DNA from: Trichoplax adhaerens
Taxonomy: Eukaryota; Animalia; Placozoa
Direction: 5' to 3'
Length of the DNA stretch: 64,000 nucleotides
Assembly: GCF_000150275.1 (NCBI RefSeq)
Contig: NW_002060949.1
Coordinates: 1,733,836 to 1,797,835, forward strand
The notes under the pieces: model-generated
The model's input: only the letters and a program-made list of their open reading frames with translations
Databases searched by the model: none
What the model was told of the DNA's origin: nothing
Part shown: one piece after another, positions 12,651-31,483 of the stretch
Layout of the letters: each line of letters begins with the position of its first letter
How positions within the stretch are numbered: position 1 is the stretch's first letter
Made by a program: the position numbers and the translations under genes

Positions 12651-15600
12651 TTAATTTCCATTAGCATTTAGTAACTGGTCAGCTGCCATCCACCTACTCT
12701 TTAGAGATTTTAAGAGCAAACTCTAAAAAATATCGGAGAAGACGCTGGTTAAAAGTGTCATTTATAAGTAGTGGTAACAGTTATTCGATATTTTTGGATA
12801 TAATTTTAAATTACCTGTTGCTGATTAACGAAATTAGTATTTAACTTATCAACGTCATCATCTTCTAATGTGTTATCTAGTGGTTCGGTAGTATCGTTTG
12901 TTGAATTCTGTGCCTGCGCCTGAAAATAAACGAATCTTTATCAATTACATAACAGAAACACGTATTATTCTAATAATGCAGCACAATTGTATACGTGTTA
13001 TAGTCAAAATAGTACTTATACTACGAGCTATATACGATTACCTGTAGTTGGGAATTATCCGTATTTGTTTGATATGGGTACTGCAAATATTGAGCTTGCT
13101 GCATTTGATATTGCCATGCAGCCATATAAGCTTGTTGCATTTGATATTGTGCAAATTGGTCGTAATATTGTTGTTGATGGGGTTGATGCTGTTGCATTTG
13201 ATTCATTGTTCTACAGTTATTCATCATAAAAAGTGTTACAGTGGTAATTTCGACTACAGATTTGTCATATAATGCAAAAGATATTTACTAATTTTTTAAT
13301 TGAAGCTATATAATAGATTAATGAGATTTAAAGATACAAGTATAGATAAACAAATACTTTTTTGGCGTCGCCAGGCTGACACGAATTGGTCTTCCACCGC
13401 ATCCAGAAGCACCCTGCATCTCATTTAAGGCTCTTGTATGCTCGTTTTCATCACCAAAGCGTACAAAGCCATAGCCTCTATAAAATTTCACCAAATTATA
13501 CTAATTAGTAAGACAATAACTGAAGCAGAAGCTACTGATAGAACAAATTAGAATTTACTCGTATCTGATTCATACCTTGAATTGCCACCTTGATCGATTA
13601 CCACTGTGAAAAAGTAAATATAAGAAATGACCTTTGATGTTACTTATGCTCAGTAGACCAGAATGTGATAACAATAAATTTATAATGTAGTAAAGTGAAT
13701 GAGAAGCATTGCTTGTTCGACATCTGAGATTGTAAATATTTTATATTTTATAAAGATAATAATTGACGATACCTTTTGCACCCTTACAAGATGGAAATCT
13801 CTCACAGAAAAAATTCTACAAGCAAGGTTGTAAATAGCATTCAATATTCGCTAGAATAATCGATTAAATAATAAGCAGTATTTGAATATTGGTACTTACT
13901 CGTAATACAAGATCGGTAACATCCGGGGTTAAATCACCGACAAATATTGAAAATTCCGGGTTACTAACATTGTGATAGCAATAGTCATATTGACATAAAA
14001 AATAAATTAATAAATATTAAAGTATCATTCAATTGCATATAGTAATAAGATATCTTTTTGCCTTCTTTGAAATACAGTACGACTCTTATATAGCACTAAC
14101 CCAGCATCTCTAGCACCATGAGTAGCCCAGTTTAACTTGAACCTCTTTTGCTAGATATTTAAGGAATAACGAGTCAATAACAGATTCTTAGAGTTAAAAT
14201 TTAACTTCACTGGGTAACATAAACGGAAAAAGCATGATAACTATCTGTAATATGCATTGTCTGGATTAATTTTAAACCAATCATATTTACCGGGTTACTG
14301 CCGGGTAATGGTAATCCATTAACTTGCTTCAAGCAATCCTCAGCTGATTGTGGATCGGGGAAATCAACAAAGCAATAGCCCGCCGGACCACTAGGATATG
14401 TGTTAACATTCAAAAATTAATGATGGAGAAGATTTTACTTAGGAAAAGTAAATAACTGATTAAAAAATGATAACCATTGCTTCGTGTTAACGCAAGGATC
14501 ACTGTCATGCGTACCGTACAGATTTCAGTGATATTACAAATAAAATTATAGAAAAGATTTCGCGTACGAAAGCTAGACAATTGACTAATAAAAATATAAA
14601 CATATCAATAAATGGTAGTACTGAACTGTATCTGTACAAGTTGTAATACGGGTACTGCAGATCCTCTATCCAAAACTACGATGAGGTCATTTTGCATACA
14701 GTATCCTAGTTTCTCAAAGCAAATAATCGACTATGATTGCTTACTTAGTATAACCACATTAAGTTGAGAAAAATAGAATTTCATGTATCGTGATGAACTT
14801 AATCTATTTATTACTTACCCCACAACGCGATTTCTGATCAATTTAACCGATAAAACAGTTCTACCAACGGATGCAAAGGCATTCCTAATGAATGTTTCAT
14901 CCATGTACGTCTCCAACTGATACACATAGAAAATAGATCATTAGGGCTTGAATTACATTACGTTTAAGTTGATAGACTTATGGCTACGATTAAAATTACA
15001 TAAAAAGGTTAAATAGTGCGTGATTGCGATTACAGTTCTTTACCATCAAAGTAATTAGTAACACCTAATAATAACTAATCGAGGATAACTCTCTATGCAT
15101 ACAGATGAAATTGCCATCATTAGCCATTAGTGCATGAGAAAGCTATTTTTACTATTGAAATTAATGTAACAATGCCGATTGAAAGTCATTAGTAGTATGC
15201 AGGAAGATGTCGTCATCACTTGGAAGAGGATTTTCTTGCTACAACGTATACAACAACTGAATTCAATACAGTACATGAAGGCTGATATTACTGTATATCG
15301 TATTTAGTTGATTAGGCAGAAGTACCTCATAGACAGCTTAAAAATCATGTTTAAGAGAGTAGTGTGATAGGTACGATTTCAAATAAAGATATGAAAACTT
15401 CTAATACACTATCATGATTACAGATGTAAGGTTTGACTCATTGTCTAGAAAGATCATATTATCAAATCTAATATGACTTCCCAGTAAAAAGAGCCTTGTA
15501 ATATTCTACAGAGATGTCGTCATTATTTTGATTGTTAAGAGATTTTTCTGATTTGATTTTTGTAGCTACGTAGAGCAAATTAAAGTATACTACAATTACA

Positions 15601-16892
15601 GGAGCAATGCTGTCTGGTAGAATGGAACATTGCTTACTGTACATGCAAGTAATTTAGGTACTTCTATAGCATAGGTAGAATGTTAGCTACGAATAAGAAT
15701 GCATTGCAAAATCAATTCTATCTTAGTTGGATATACTGTACAGAAACATGACTTCATCAATGGTAGCAATAGCGATTACTGAATGAGCCCTTCCAAAAGA
15801 ACTTGATATTTTAGTCTAAAATGAAAGGCTGATTACATGTCGGATAGGCTTAATGCTAATTAGTATGTAATTATAGCATAGTGTTGAAGCAGAACACGAG
15901 AGAGTGTATTATCTTTTCAATAACAAGGTGGCCAAGTTGATGGAAAGAGCAATTTGTAGCAACGCTCGACAAAAGTCACCCTATCCAGAGGAAAAGCTGA
16001 TGACATGTTACGTAAGCATCCAGCCAACGCTAACTTTGATGTCATCATGCTATGTTTGCAATGGTAGTGACAGTCTGTTTTCACTTTAATAATATGCTGA
16101 GCAAATGATGACTATTTAAGGAGAAAAAATATCGAGCCATATTGATGTCAAATTTTTTCTAACGTTGTTCTAGTAGATCGTCTGCGGCCATTTTTGTCAA
16201 CTGTCTTCAAGTCCATGCAGTGCACACAAGTAGAGTATGTGTACTGTATGTCAGCTATGTTGATAAGATATTAAGGTACAGCTGCAAGGTTAGGTTCTAC
16301 GGAGGTGTAAAATAACCAATTTACTTTAATCCATGGACTAATTACCATCGTTTATAGACGATTTGGACCTGCAAGGTTTACTAATTGGACTTTTGAACTA
16401 CCCTACCATGTAGTAGCCATTTTTGTCTAGTATACGCGTATTGAATGATTTCAATGCAATGTGTTTCAAGACTATCCATGATGTTCATAGAATTGCTATG
16501 GTAAGGCCGCAGTGGTGTCCATTCTTTCGTAATTGTTATCATTCTAGTTTGAAGGGAAAGTCAATGATATTGCTACAATATGAGCATCATAATTTACTAC
16601 AATAACTGATTGGTATAACAAGTATGGACGATTTCGACTTGTGAGTTTTAGTATTTGGACTTTTGAACTACTCTATCATTGGAGTCGAATTCACCATAAC
16701 AACCTGCAATGACCGACAGAAAGTCAAGCCAGAAGATAATGTCATTGTTGCATCATACACCATGAATCCCTTAACGTTAGGACTATCCATCCAATACACT
16801 TGATCATTTGCACTCTACAGATTGTAATCAACAAGTAGATTAATCGATAAGAGCTCATTTTTACTTACATCTCCCATCCAAAGGGTGCTCAT
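12651..16892 (-). CDS. TRNAU1AP: tRNA selenocysteine 1-associated protein 1 (SECp43): two RRMs plus Gln/Tyr-rich and acidic C-terminus
   Basis: Exon 1 16869-16892 MSTLWMGD; 14819-14916 [18 protein letters not shown]; [10 protein letters not shown] (RNP1); KRFKLNWA; [14 protein letters not shown]; [54 protein letters not shown]; Q/Y-rich exon ~13042-13212; last exon ..[15 protein letters not shown]. Confidence 0.95.
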
Positions 16893-17019
16893 GATGAATG
16901 AATTTGCTTTCAATTTCTTTGAAGTAATTTACAGCAAGGTTCCACTGGAAATGTGCCTTTGATGTCAACGTGTTCCAAGATACAATGCACATGGGCAGTG
17001 GAATTGTCTCATCTCTTTA

Positions 17020-17440
17020 TAGTAGGGTACAGCACTGTACACAGTACAGTACAGTATAGCCTTGATGTCTTGTACACAGTACGTGGTTCGCTGACGTAGC
17101 ACGCACAGTACGTACCGTCGTCTACAGTATTTACTGCAGGGGACATTTGTTTCCAGACGCGCTCCGTACTGTAGCACTTTACGCAGTGTACTGGACTACT
17201 AGTACCCATTCAGTGTAGTACAGACTGTACTGTACAGTATAGTCCCTAAGCACCAAAAGTCAAAAGCCCAACTCGGTCTCTCCTTTACCGTACTGTGCAC
17301 TGTACAGTACAGTACTGTACAGTATGACAGTGACACGGACTTCGCGATCTACAGTAAAAGTACTGTACTGTACGGTACTGTAAGGCTTCTTCTGTGAGTC
17401 CTCCAGTACTGTATTGTACTGTACTTGTACTGTATACCTA
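17020..17440. promoter_or_regulatory. Dense TACAGTA/TACTGTA (CAGTACTG) motif cloud upstream of TRNAU1AP, in the divergent region towards the SUN gene
   Basis: Many overlapping ACAGTAC/GTACTGT copies starting ~130 bp upstream of the TRNAU1AP ATG; the same motif recurs at other gene starts in this window. Confidence 0.55.
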
Positions 17441-17765
17441 GCCAGATTTATCAGCAGTGACAAGTTGTTATCACAATGGCGTCAGCTCATGCATCACATG
17501 ATATGCACATCACTCGCATCAAAGGCTATATTGTTTGCCACAAATCGCTCGTGGGAATATTCGCGCTTGACAGTACCGAAGCGCATCATCACTTTCGAGT
17601 CAACCACTTGACGCACACATGCTAACCTGAGACAATCTCTTCTAAGAAAAATTTGTCAACGGTAGTGATTTCCGTTTTTTCGGCCATTTTGATGACTGAA
17701 AAATTGGCTTCCATTCTAATATAAGATAGAATTTACTACATTACATGTACAATCTCCTCCATACA

Positions 17766-18515
17766 TTACAAGTAGAAAGACATCAGACTATTTACAATTT
17801 ACCGTGCGCGTATGGTCTGTAACTTGGAACGATTTTGATTTGTTAAGAATTGACTTATTTCCTTGGTATCGCCTTGACATCCTGCAGACGGTAGTTCTGG
17901 GTCCACTGTACACTGTGTACAGTGATATCATTTCTTTGATATGATTATTATTATTATTTAACTTGCTGTCAAAGTAAATTTCCATTTTACAAAAGTTGGT
18001 TCAATGAGCGATGGTGGACTACCCAATAAAATGTCCTATACACTAGTATACAGTATATTACAAGTAGAAAGCGATCAGATAATTGAGAATTTGCTGTGCG
18101 CGTTTAAATGATTTTTGGTTAAAACTGGACTGATTTCTTTGGTGTCACCTTGAAATCGTGTAGACGACACTGTAGAGATATCGCGTTTCGTTGATATTAT
18201 TTTATTTTCTTTTTCCTGTCAAGTAAATTATACAAAATTGAGTTGAATGAGCAATACTACGCCTGTATTAATAATTTCCTCTACAGTCTCGTCTATTACA
18301 AGTATTTCCAGTACTGTACAAAGAGATTACAGTATTTGGAATTTGCCGTGCGCCTCTGCTACCGTGACTGTGAATGATTTTGGTTTCAAAATTGCCTAAT
18401 TTACTTTATGCTAATCCTAACCCTAACCCTTGATATCCTATTGTCCTGCGTGCAGTGAGTAATGGGTTTCGTTGATATACGGATATTAATTCAAGTAAAT
18501 TGTCATTTTACACAG
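17766..18515. repeat. Three degenerate tandem copies of a ~240-290 bp unit, the third containing a short (CCCTAA)n stretch
   Basis: Units start TTACAAGTA at ~17766, ~18058 and ~18296 and share AATTT(A/G)C(C/T)GTGCGC, GATTTT(T)G, CCTTGA and TCAA(A)GTAAATT blocks in the same order; CTAATCCTAACCCTAACCCT at ~18411-18430. Confidence 0.7.
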
Positions 18516-18859
18516 TATATATGTAATTGCCATTCTAGAAACTTCCTTAATCCGAAGGCAGTGACTGACTACGTGTGTAATAGAAAAAGAATAAAATATA
18601 GATCAATAAATTACAGTAGTATGGTAGTACTGTATACTTTCTTGATTGTAAACTACCTGTATTAAACAACATGATGTACAGTATTAATATACGAGTCTAT
18701 GCGCATATACAGTACGATGAACGGGAATTTACTTAATAATCAACAATTCAACATCACTCTTGAAATACGCTCTACTGTGTAAATTGATGTATTATATGTA
18801 CTGTACTACAAATAATATACATATTATTAACGATATTCATTTAGATAGCTCATAAGGAA

Positions 18860-21800
18860 ATGGCCCTGAACAATCAAACGGATTTTCCCCAAGGTGCCAT
18901 TGCTGATTGATTTATACGCGCCTAAATCTCTAGATTGAAATATTCTCTTATTTTTTTCAGAGTAAAAAATCAAACGCTCTTATATGACGTTATTTTCCAT
19001 TTGTCTTCGTACTTTATTGATACGTTCATATTACTAATAATAATAATTAAATTATTAATTAAACAAAATTGAAATTTTCAAAATTTTTCTTATAATTAAT
19101 TATTAGTTAGCAAAATACCCGACAATGAAGGACTGTTTGCGCAAGGTAAATGGACGTATAGTATTTTCATTTTTAACGGATCAGTGAAATAATTTGATGT
19201 ACATACCTTACTTTGGCTTCTTTTGGTACTATTATTTCTCTTCATAGTCCTGGGTACTATGTCTGTATGAGTTATAGTAATACATCAATCGTATTAAGAT
19301 AGACGAGCACTATGCATACTTTAAATTCAATTGAATCACTCAATGTACTTTATTACGACTAAAATACGTACTTGCCGATCCAATTTGCTATTTCCTTACA
19401 CTAAAACGCCAATTTTAACCGACTTTGAAACTCCATTATTCCGCATGTGCTACTACGAGTATTGAAGGTATAGATTCGTAAAAAGCGCTATCTTTACTCT
19501 ACTAGCGGTATTTTTAGTGATAAAATGCAACACTGTGTACTTTTACTTGCACTAACAGTTCTCAAGACACTCTTATTTATTAGTAAAGTAAAGCACAATG
19601 TTTACTGGCTGTATTCAATGCAACAGTGTTGCTTTTTGACTCTTTATTTGTACTTGCACCACTAGCATTGAAGCCATTTGCTAGCAGAGTAAAACACAAT
19701 ATTTACTGGCTGTATTAAATGCAACAGTGTTGCTTTTTGACTCTTTTATTTGTACTTGCACTAACTAGCATTGAAGCCATTTACTAGCAGAGTAAAACAC
19801 AATGTTTGCTTGCTGTATTTCCAATGACAAAATTTATCAGAGTTGCAAGACTGTGTACTTTTACTGTACTGTAAAATGTATATGCAAAAATTTCAAGTAA
19901 CTACATTGTAGATGACGAAAGCACTACATTATTTCTCTGCTTTTACTAGTTAATACAGTATTGTATCTGTACAGTAAATGTGTTCTGCGATTTTAGATGA
20001 ATTATAACTTCTCTCAATCAGTATTAAAATAACAAGGCTATTTTGTTTATTTCGTTGCGGTAATAGTTGAGACTTTAAATATTAAGCTTTTAAATACGCG
20101 TCAATACACGTCAATACGATATTGTACGTGGATGAATGTGACTTAAAAATAGGCTACTGCAACCCAAGTAAATTGTGCAGTCTTACTGTGTAAGGTGTAG
20201 TAATAACAAAATAACTAAATTATATCGAGTATTGTAGTTAATCATTGCCGTCTCCACAAAAAATGGTAGAACCAACAGTAATGTAGATTCATATACATTC
20301 TATTACTATAGAGATTAGAGATGAAATGGGAGTACTTCTTATCCGACTATGTTTAACTGCAAATAATTATGCAATTGATACTTTTACTTACTATTAATGA
20401 CATGCAGAAGTTCCCGTTTCCAAACAAGCACCAAAGATGGGTAGCTTAAACTTTAAATAAATATGATAAAAAATATTCTAGGCTTTAATAGAGACTCTTG
20501 TAAACTGCAGAAAAACTTCCTAGCTTACTTATAAAAATTGGTAATGTTGAGCCTAAATTTTTTAAAACTATAGCTACTGTAGTAGAGACGGTACTAGATA
20601 ATATTTATATTTACAATTTATGACTAGTATCATTTCTTTCCAGGATCTTTATATTGTTCGATGAAACGCGATTCCTTAGGGTCTGTTGCTGGACGGGTGA
20701 GTAGTTTTATAATACCGTACTGTAATCTTCGTCAAACAATTTTAACAAACCCTAAATTGTGTATTTAACTTACTTATTAGTTAGATTCTCTTCTTTCTAC
20801 TGTTCATTACTATTTTCTTATGTTTATCTTATTATTTTAATAGTATTTAACAAAAATAATTTGTAAATCTTGTAAATAAATCGAAATATTTGCCATTGTA
20901 AATATGATTCTATTTGGTACTGCAGAAATCTGTCAGATCTAATAATTGGTATAGGAAATACGGAGGTACATCCAGTTGGTATTAGCCTTTTATACGAATT
21001 CTATGATACATGAACTGTCGTCTATTCAGATCTTAATGATAGGATTAATAAATGAAGATAGTAAGAAAGAAATTACTGTACATAACCGTCTTTTTCTACT
21101 GTTATGTATTACAATAGCACGTTATTACTAAATTCGAATATGCGTATATAATTTGCAAGTTCATACTTTATCATTGGCACTAAATATTTTTACAGTTTGA
21201 TTCGCACGGAACAGTGCTTAATTACTTTTCTCGAAGTATACATCACCATATTTTTTGCCACTTTGCAGGAATGACTTATGATCATGGACCATTGCGAGCT
21301 CTTATAGGACTAGTACGGGTGTTTGTTATAATAATTTATACAATTTCGGCACTGATTATATATACCGATGCTGTTTTAATAATAAAGTGAGTGTAGCAAT
21401 ATTAGCTCGCGATCCCGAAAATAACTTATTTTCTTTCGATGAGACCTTTTAATGTTGACTGCCTTGTCCAATCCTACTGACTTTGCACTAACTGCAGTTA
21501 TCCAGACACTATTCGTCTATTCGATTAATTTTAATTACCAGCCTCCCCTCATCAATACATTCTTTTCTATTCTTAACTCAGGATTAAAGGTATCATCAAG
21601 ACGGCATTCATGCTTCCTTTGTATCCATCGCTTAATATCAAGACGGTAAGATTTATGTTACTCATAGTAAAAATGTCTAGCAATGATAAATATTTTGATG
21701 AGTATAGTGCATTTGCATAGACAGAACAAAACTTGATTAGATATTGCTTACTAATGTATTACTCCTTTTTCTAAACAGTCACATAAGACACCTACTCAAA

Positions 21801-24166
21801 CCACTCTGAATGCTTCATTATCCTTAGCAATAATAGGTATGTACAGTACGTATCATGAACCTGTTTACTTTATAAATTCAAGTAATATATTGATTATTAT
21901 CCATTTTTCTACCATTTCTAAAATTGTTATGATGGAGTTCAGTATTAGAATTTACGATGCTACTACTGTATTAGATTATTAAATTATTATGTTGATTAAA
22001 TAATTAAGCTAATTTCAGTAGTAGGTCTTACGTGTACCATTGCTGTCTTTATCTATCCTGTTACCTTCCAAAAAATTCAATCTGTTTCGGTAAGGTGTCA
22101 CTTACATAATAAAATATAATATATGTACACAGTTTAGATTTCTATTATCACCATTTCGTTTTATTGTGATACCATATATCGGCTAATTTTCTGCTCAACG
22201 ATGCGATCAAAATCCGTCAATTATATCCATTTTAGGATGTTATGTGTCATTATAGAGTGACAAAGACGCAAGATGTCGATCTGTTTAATAAAACTGTATG
22301 CTCGAATAATTTCTACGATTCAACTGTTACTGTAATGACCAGGTTATATAACAAGTTCTCGTTTCTAAAATTGTAAGTATTTTGTGTTGTAGCTAGCGTG
22401 TTATTATTTATTGCTACCGTGTCTCATTATATTTTCTGAATAGTAATCGGAATATATGATTCCAAATTATTGCTTATTTAGTGAAAAGACTAAAAGAGGC
22501 GAATCTATGGTCAAAAGCATTCGCAATTTGGACGATATAAAGGCAAATAAATGCAAATGATGTAGTACACTGTATAGTTTGATATCCTTGCTCTTGATAT
22601 TATTAGCATTAGCATTGCAAGGTATCTGTTTTAAGTTGATACGCTGCTTTCAATTTGATCTATAACTATGAATTTAATTTTTACATTTAAAGAGTACGCT
22701 ACTTACCAAATCTAGCGGAGATCCTGTAATTAAGGATACGAATAACACAAACTGTCTGAATGGTATTGGCGATAGGTAAAATTTAGTGCTAGAGTATTTG
22801 ACTAATAATAATTCTACTAAAGTTTTATTCATTAACGATACCATAAACTTCCTATTTTAGAATCCGAATTCGTGAGCTTGAAGCTGTCATTATGCAGCTT
22901 AAGTCTGAGATTCAAGAAATCAAAAGTTATCCACGCCAAAAAGTAATTCTAAGTCAGGTATTTGTAGCTTAGTCTAAGAAGATCGTGGTACAGAAAATCA
23001 ATTATGGATAATATTTTTCATTACCTAAATACGTAGGACATCACATTCAATATTCCACAAACACTCAATCGTGTATATTTGATGATTAACTACTTGGAAG
23101 ATAACTTGAAAGAGTTAAAGAAATCAATGATTAGCAAAGAGGTCCGGTAGTGTGTCTTAAATTTGACTCCATATTTCTATTAAGGAAGAATAATTAATCT
23201 ACCAGATACTTATCGATAGATTGTAGAACAAATTGTAAATTCAGCTCTTAAATTATACGATGAAGATAAAATTGGTTTAGCCGATTATGCATTATACCCC
23301 GCAGGTATGTGGTGAATATAACCAATACTTATATAAGTCTCCAATTAGGGAGATTGATCTATGCATTTATATTTACGTTCTTAGGTGGGAGAGTGATTTC
23401 TATAGGAAATACGAAGCCGTATTTGAATTCAGAAGGAAAACCTTTTCATTCGCCTAATATCATGATCCAAGTAAAACATTAATGCTATTGTATTAAACAG
23501 ATAGATATTTTCTTGCATTTATAGCTATTAAAAAGCATTAAGCAGCTTTATAATAAAGTTTTTTATTCTTTAATTAGCCGGATCTGCAACCTGGGAATTG
23601 TTGGGCATTTGAGGGTAGAATGGGGGAAGTTACAATACAGGTATTATTTCAAAGATTTCTATAATTTTACCGTGCTATTAGATACTTTCAACTAACTAGT
23701 TATTTGGCAGTTATCGAATATAATCTGGATTACCGAGTTTACTTTGGAACATATACCGAAAACAATAGCTCCAGCCTCAGTTACTAGTGCACCCAAGCAA
23801 TTTAGTGTTTTTGTAAGATCGATTTTATGTCGAGGTCATTTTAAATTACCGAATATTAATTTTGCACTCTTTAAAGGGCCTAGATGATATTTATGCTCAC
23901 GAAAAGTTACTACTTGGGTCTTTTACTTTCGAAGATAGCAATGTAATGAATTTGCAGCGGTTTACAGTACAGGTGGCTCAATTTTTGTTATTTCACTTAC
24001 CAAAAATCATAAAACCTGATGCTTTTGTTCCATTTTTATATTTCAGCATTTTCCGAATAGACCGTTTAATTTAATCAAGATTATATTTACATCTAATCAC
24101 GGAAGTAGTTATACATGTGTTTATCGATTTCGTGTTCACGGATTTTTAGAGAAATCTACGCTCTAA
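18860..24166 (+). CDS. SUN (Sad1/UNC-84) domain LINC-complex protein: TM, coiled coil, C-terminal SUN domain; N-terminal exons unresolved
   Basis: Spliced exons give TM (SLAIIVVGLTCTIAVFIYP), coiled coil (IRELEAVIMQLKSEIQEIK), then ALKLYDEDKIGLADYALYPAGGRVIS..QPGNCWAFEG..FTLEHIPK..SAPKQFSVFGL..LLGSFTF..SNHGSSYTCVYRFRVHG; stop 24164-24166. The start at 18860 is tentative. Confidence 0.9.
19587..19820. repeat. Tandem repeat, ~101-103 bp unit, ~2.3 copies, intronic
   Basis: Units start AGTAAA(G/A)CACAAT at 19587, 19688 and 19791 and are near identical. Confidence 0.9.
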
Positions 24167-25371
24167 AACGAAAGGATGAAGTTGTCATATGGACGTTATT
24201 CTACATTTGTTACTGATTTCATATTACGTAATGCAAGATTGGTACGATAATTACCAAAGCTACTACTGTAACTGTAATTTGCTAGTGTTTTTGAAATGAT
24301 AATCATTTATGAAGCTAATTAAATTTTGCTACTTATTGAAGCTATCCGTTGTGAATGGAAATGTTGTTATCCGAAATTTTTGTATTTTGCTTCGTAAGGT
24401 TTCTGATATCTTTGAAAGGTTCTACCGACCGTCATTGATTTAAAAAAGCGTTTTTAGCTTTCATCAGCTGTTTTACGGTCTTCATATACAGTAATATTGT
24501 TATGAGAATTGAGAAGATAGATTATACTGACTCGTTTATTAAACACTAAAATTAATGCTACGTTTTGATGAAATACTATCATTGATTTCGGTTAGACTAC
24601 TGGATCTTGTAGCTTCTTCAATTAAAGTAGACCTTCACATTAGAGGTAAAAATTATTGAAACTTTCTTTCTGGAATTAAATTGCGATGTATTGATTCATT
24701 ATTCCAAGTATCGTTACTATAATTCTGAGGCAACTGTTTAAGTACAATCAATAGGATTAGCCATTGCGATTACAGCGCAATCATGAGTATCGTTCACGTA
24801 TGGAATTTAGTAACAGGTAATTATAATCGTAAGTTAATACAATTACATCAATCTTATTAGTTAATTAAGTATTTCAATCAGTAGTTAAGCAGTAACAATT
24901 CTACTGTATATTACACACTATAGTACTGTAATTTTATTTTTAAGGGTTTCTTAACTTCGACATGAGAGATATAATTGTGATACTACTGTATAATAATTAA
25001 GCCAACAAATGATTACGACAACATGGATGGCTAACCTCATAGCCAGACGACTCCCTAATGAATGTCAGGCTGACAGATAGGTGGTTATTGGCAAGCCCAG
25101 TCGATGACCTTATCAGAACGGACTGTTTGGTACAGTAATGCCAACGGTAGAACGCTTACGCAACTCGCAGTTCGAGACTGGTTGGAACATACGGTAAAGT
25201 AGAGCAGACTGTCACAGACTCGCATTCCCATACAGTAATTAGTACTGCTACATTGGTTTGGGAGATAGTGTTAAGTCTAGCTATATTCTATTGGATGAAC
25301 CACTGTATATTTCCTGTGGTTGCGAGCAAAAAGGGTTTACTCTGGACACCTCCACGTTCAACTGCTAACCA

Positions 25372-30721
<5,350 letters not shown>

Positions 30722-31483
30722 ATCTTTGGTTTTACAGACATCATACAGTAATGAATAGGATGAAGTAGTTATGTTATATCGTGATAGCTTCTGAAATCAT
30801 GAACGTAAATTAGATAATGATGGATAGTAAATTGCAGTGACCTGGTACCTTGTTGTTGCAGGCCTTTAACTAGTTTGTTAAAGGAGTTAGAATTTCAGAT
30901 ATGCGTATACTCCGTAGAATAGTCATAATTGTATTGGACTGTATTTATCCATAAATACTAAGAACTTTGATATACGAGTATTCTATGATATATGCAATTG
31001 ATAGGATAATGTTCGGTGGATGAAACATTTCGTTTATTCGAAGTTGCTTCTTAATGGGAATCACAATAGTTTTATTTATGCAGCTTTGTAGATTGCTTTA
31101 AATGAACGAGATTTCATGATGCCTACGTGCTGCAACTACTGCAACGCTAATGCACAGTCATCGACATTTTAGTACTGATTTAATTTTCGAAATACATATA
31201 AATGTCTAAGTTATTAAATATGGCATGTCAAGCTCAGGATTTGAACTATTGCGATTATACATATGGTTTAGAACTTTAATAAGGCATTAAAAAATTTTTA
31301 CGGGCTTTTTCTAGAAGTATTATTTGCCTTTACTATTGCGGAAGACTATTATTATCAAGTAGACTGTAAGAGTTACTAAAATACCTATATAGAAAACTGT
31401 ACATTAGGAGAAACATATAGGATACGTACATTAAGAACCAAAATACACGCGTGTAAAAATTTCACCGTGGAGATAGTACAGCA

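Noticed and set aside
15440-15765. ATGA-led stems as SECIS elements in the selenocysteine-pathway gene TRNAU1AP
   Set aside because: They are intronic, lack the 3' GA needed for the non-Watson-Crick quartet at the stem base, and the CDS has no in-frame TGA.
16965-17611. ORF-track peptides rich in YSTV/LYCTV (also 38850-39198 and 59278-59807)
   Set aside because: Translation artefacts of the TACAGTA/TACTGTA motif clouds.
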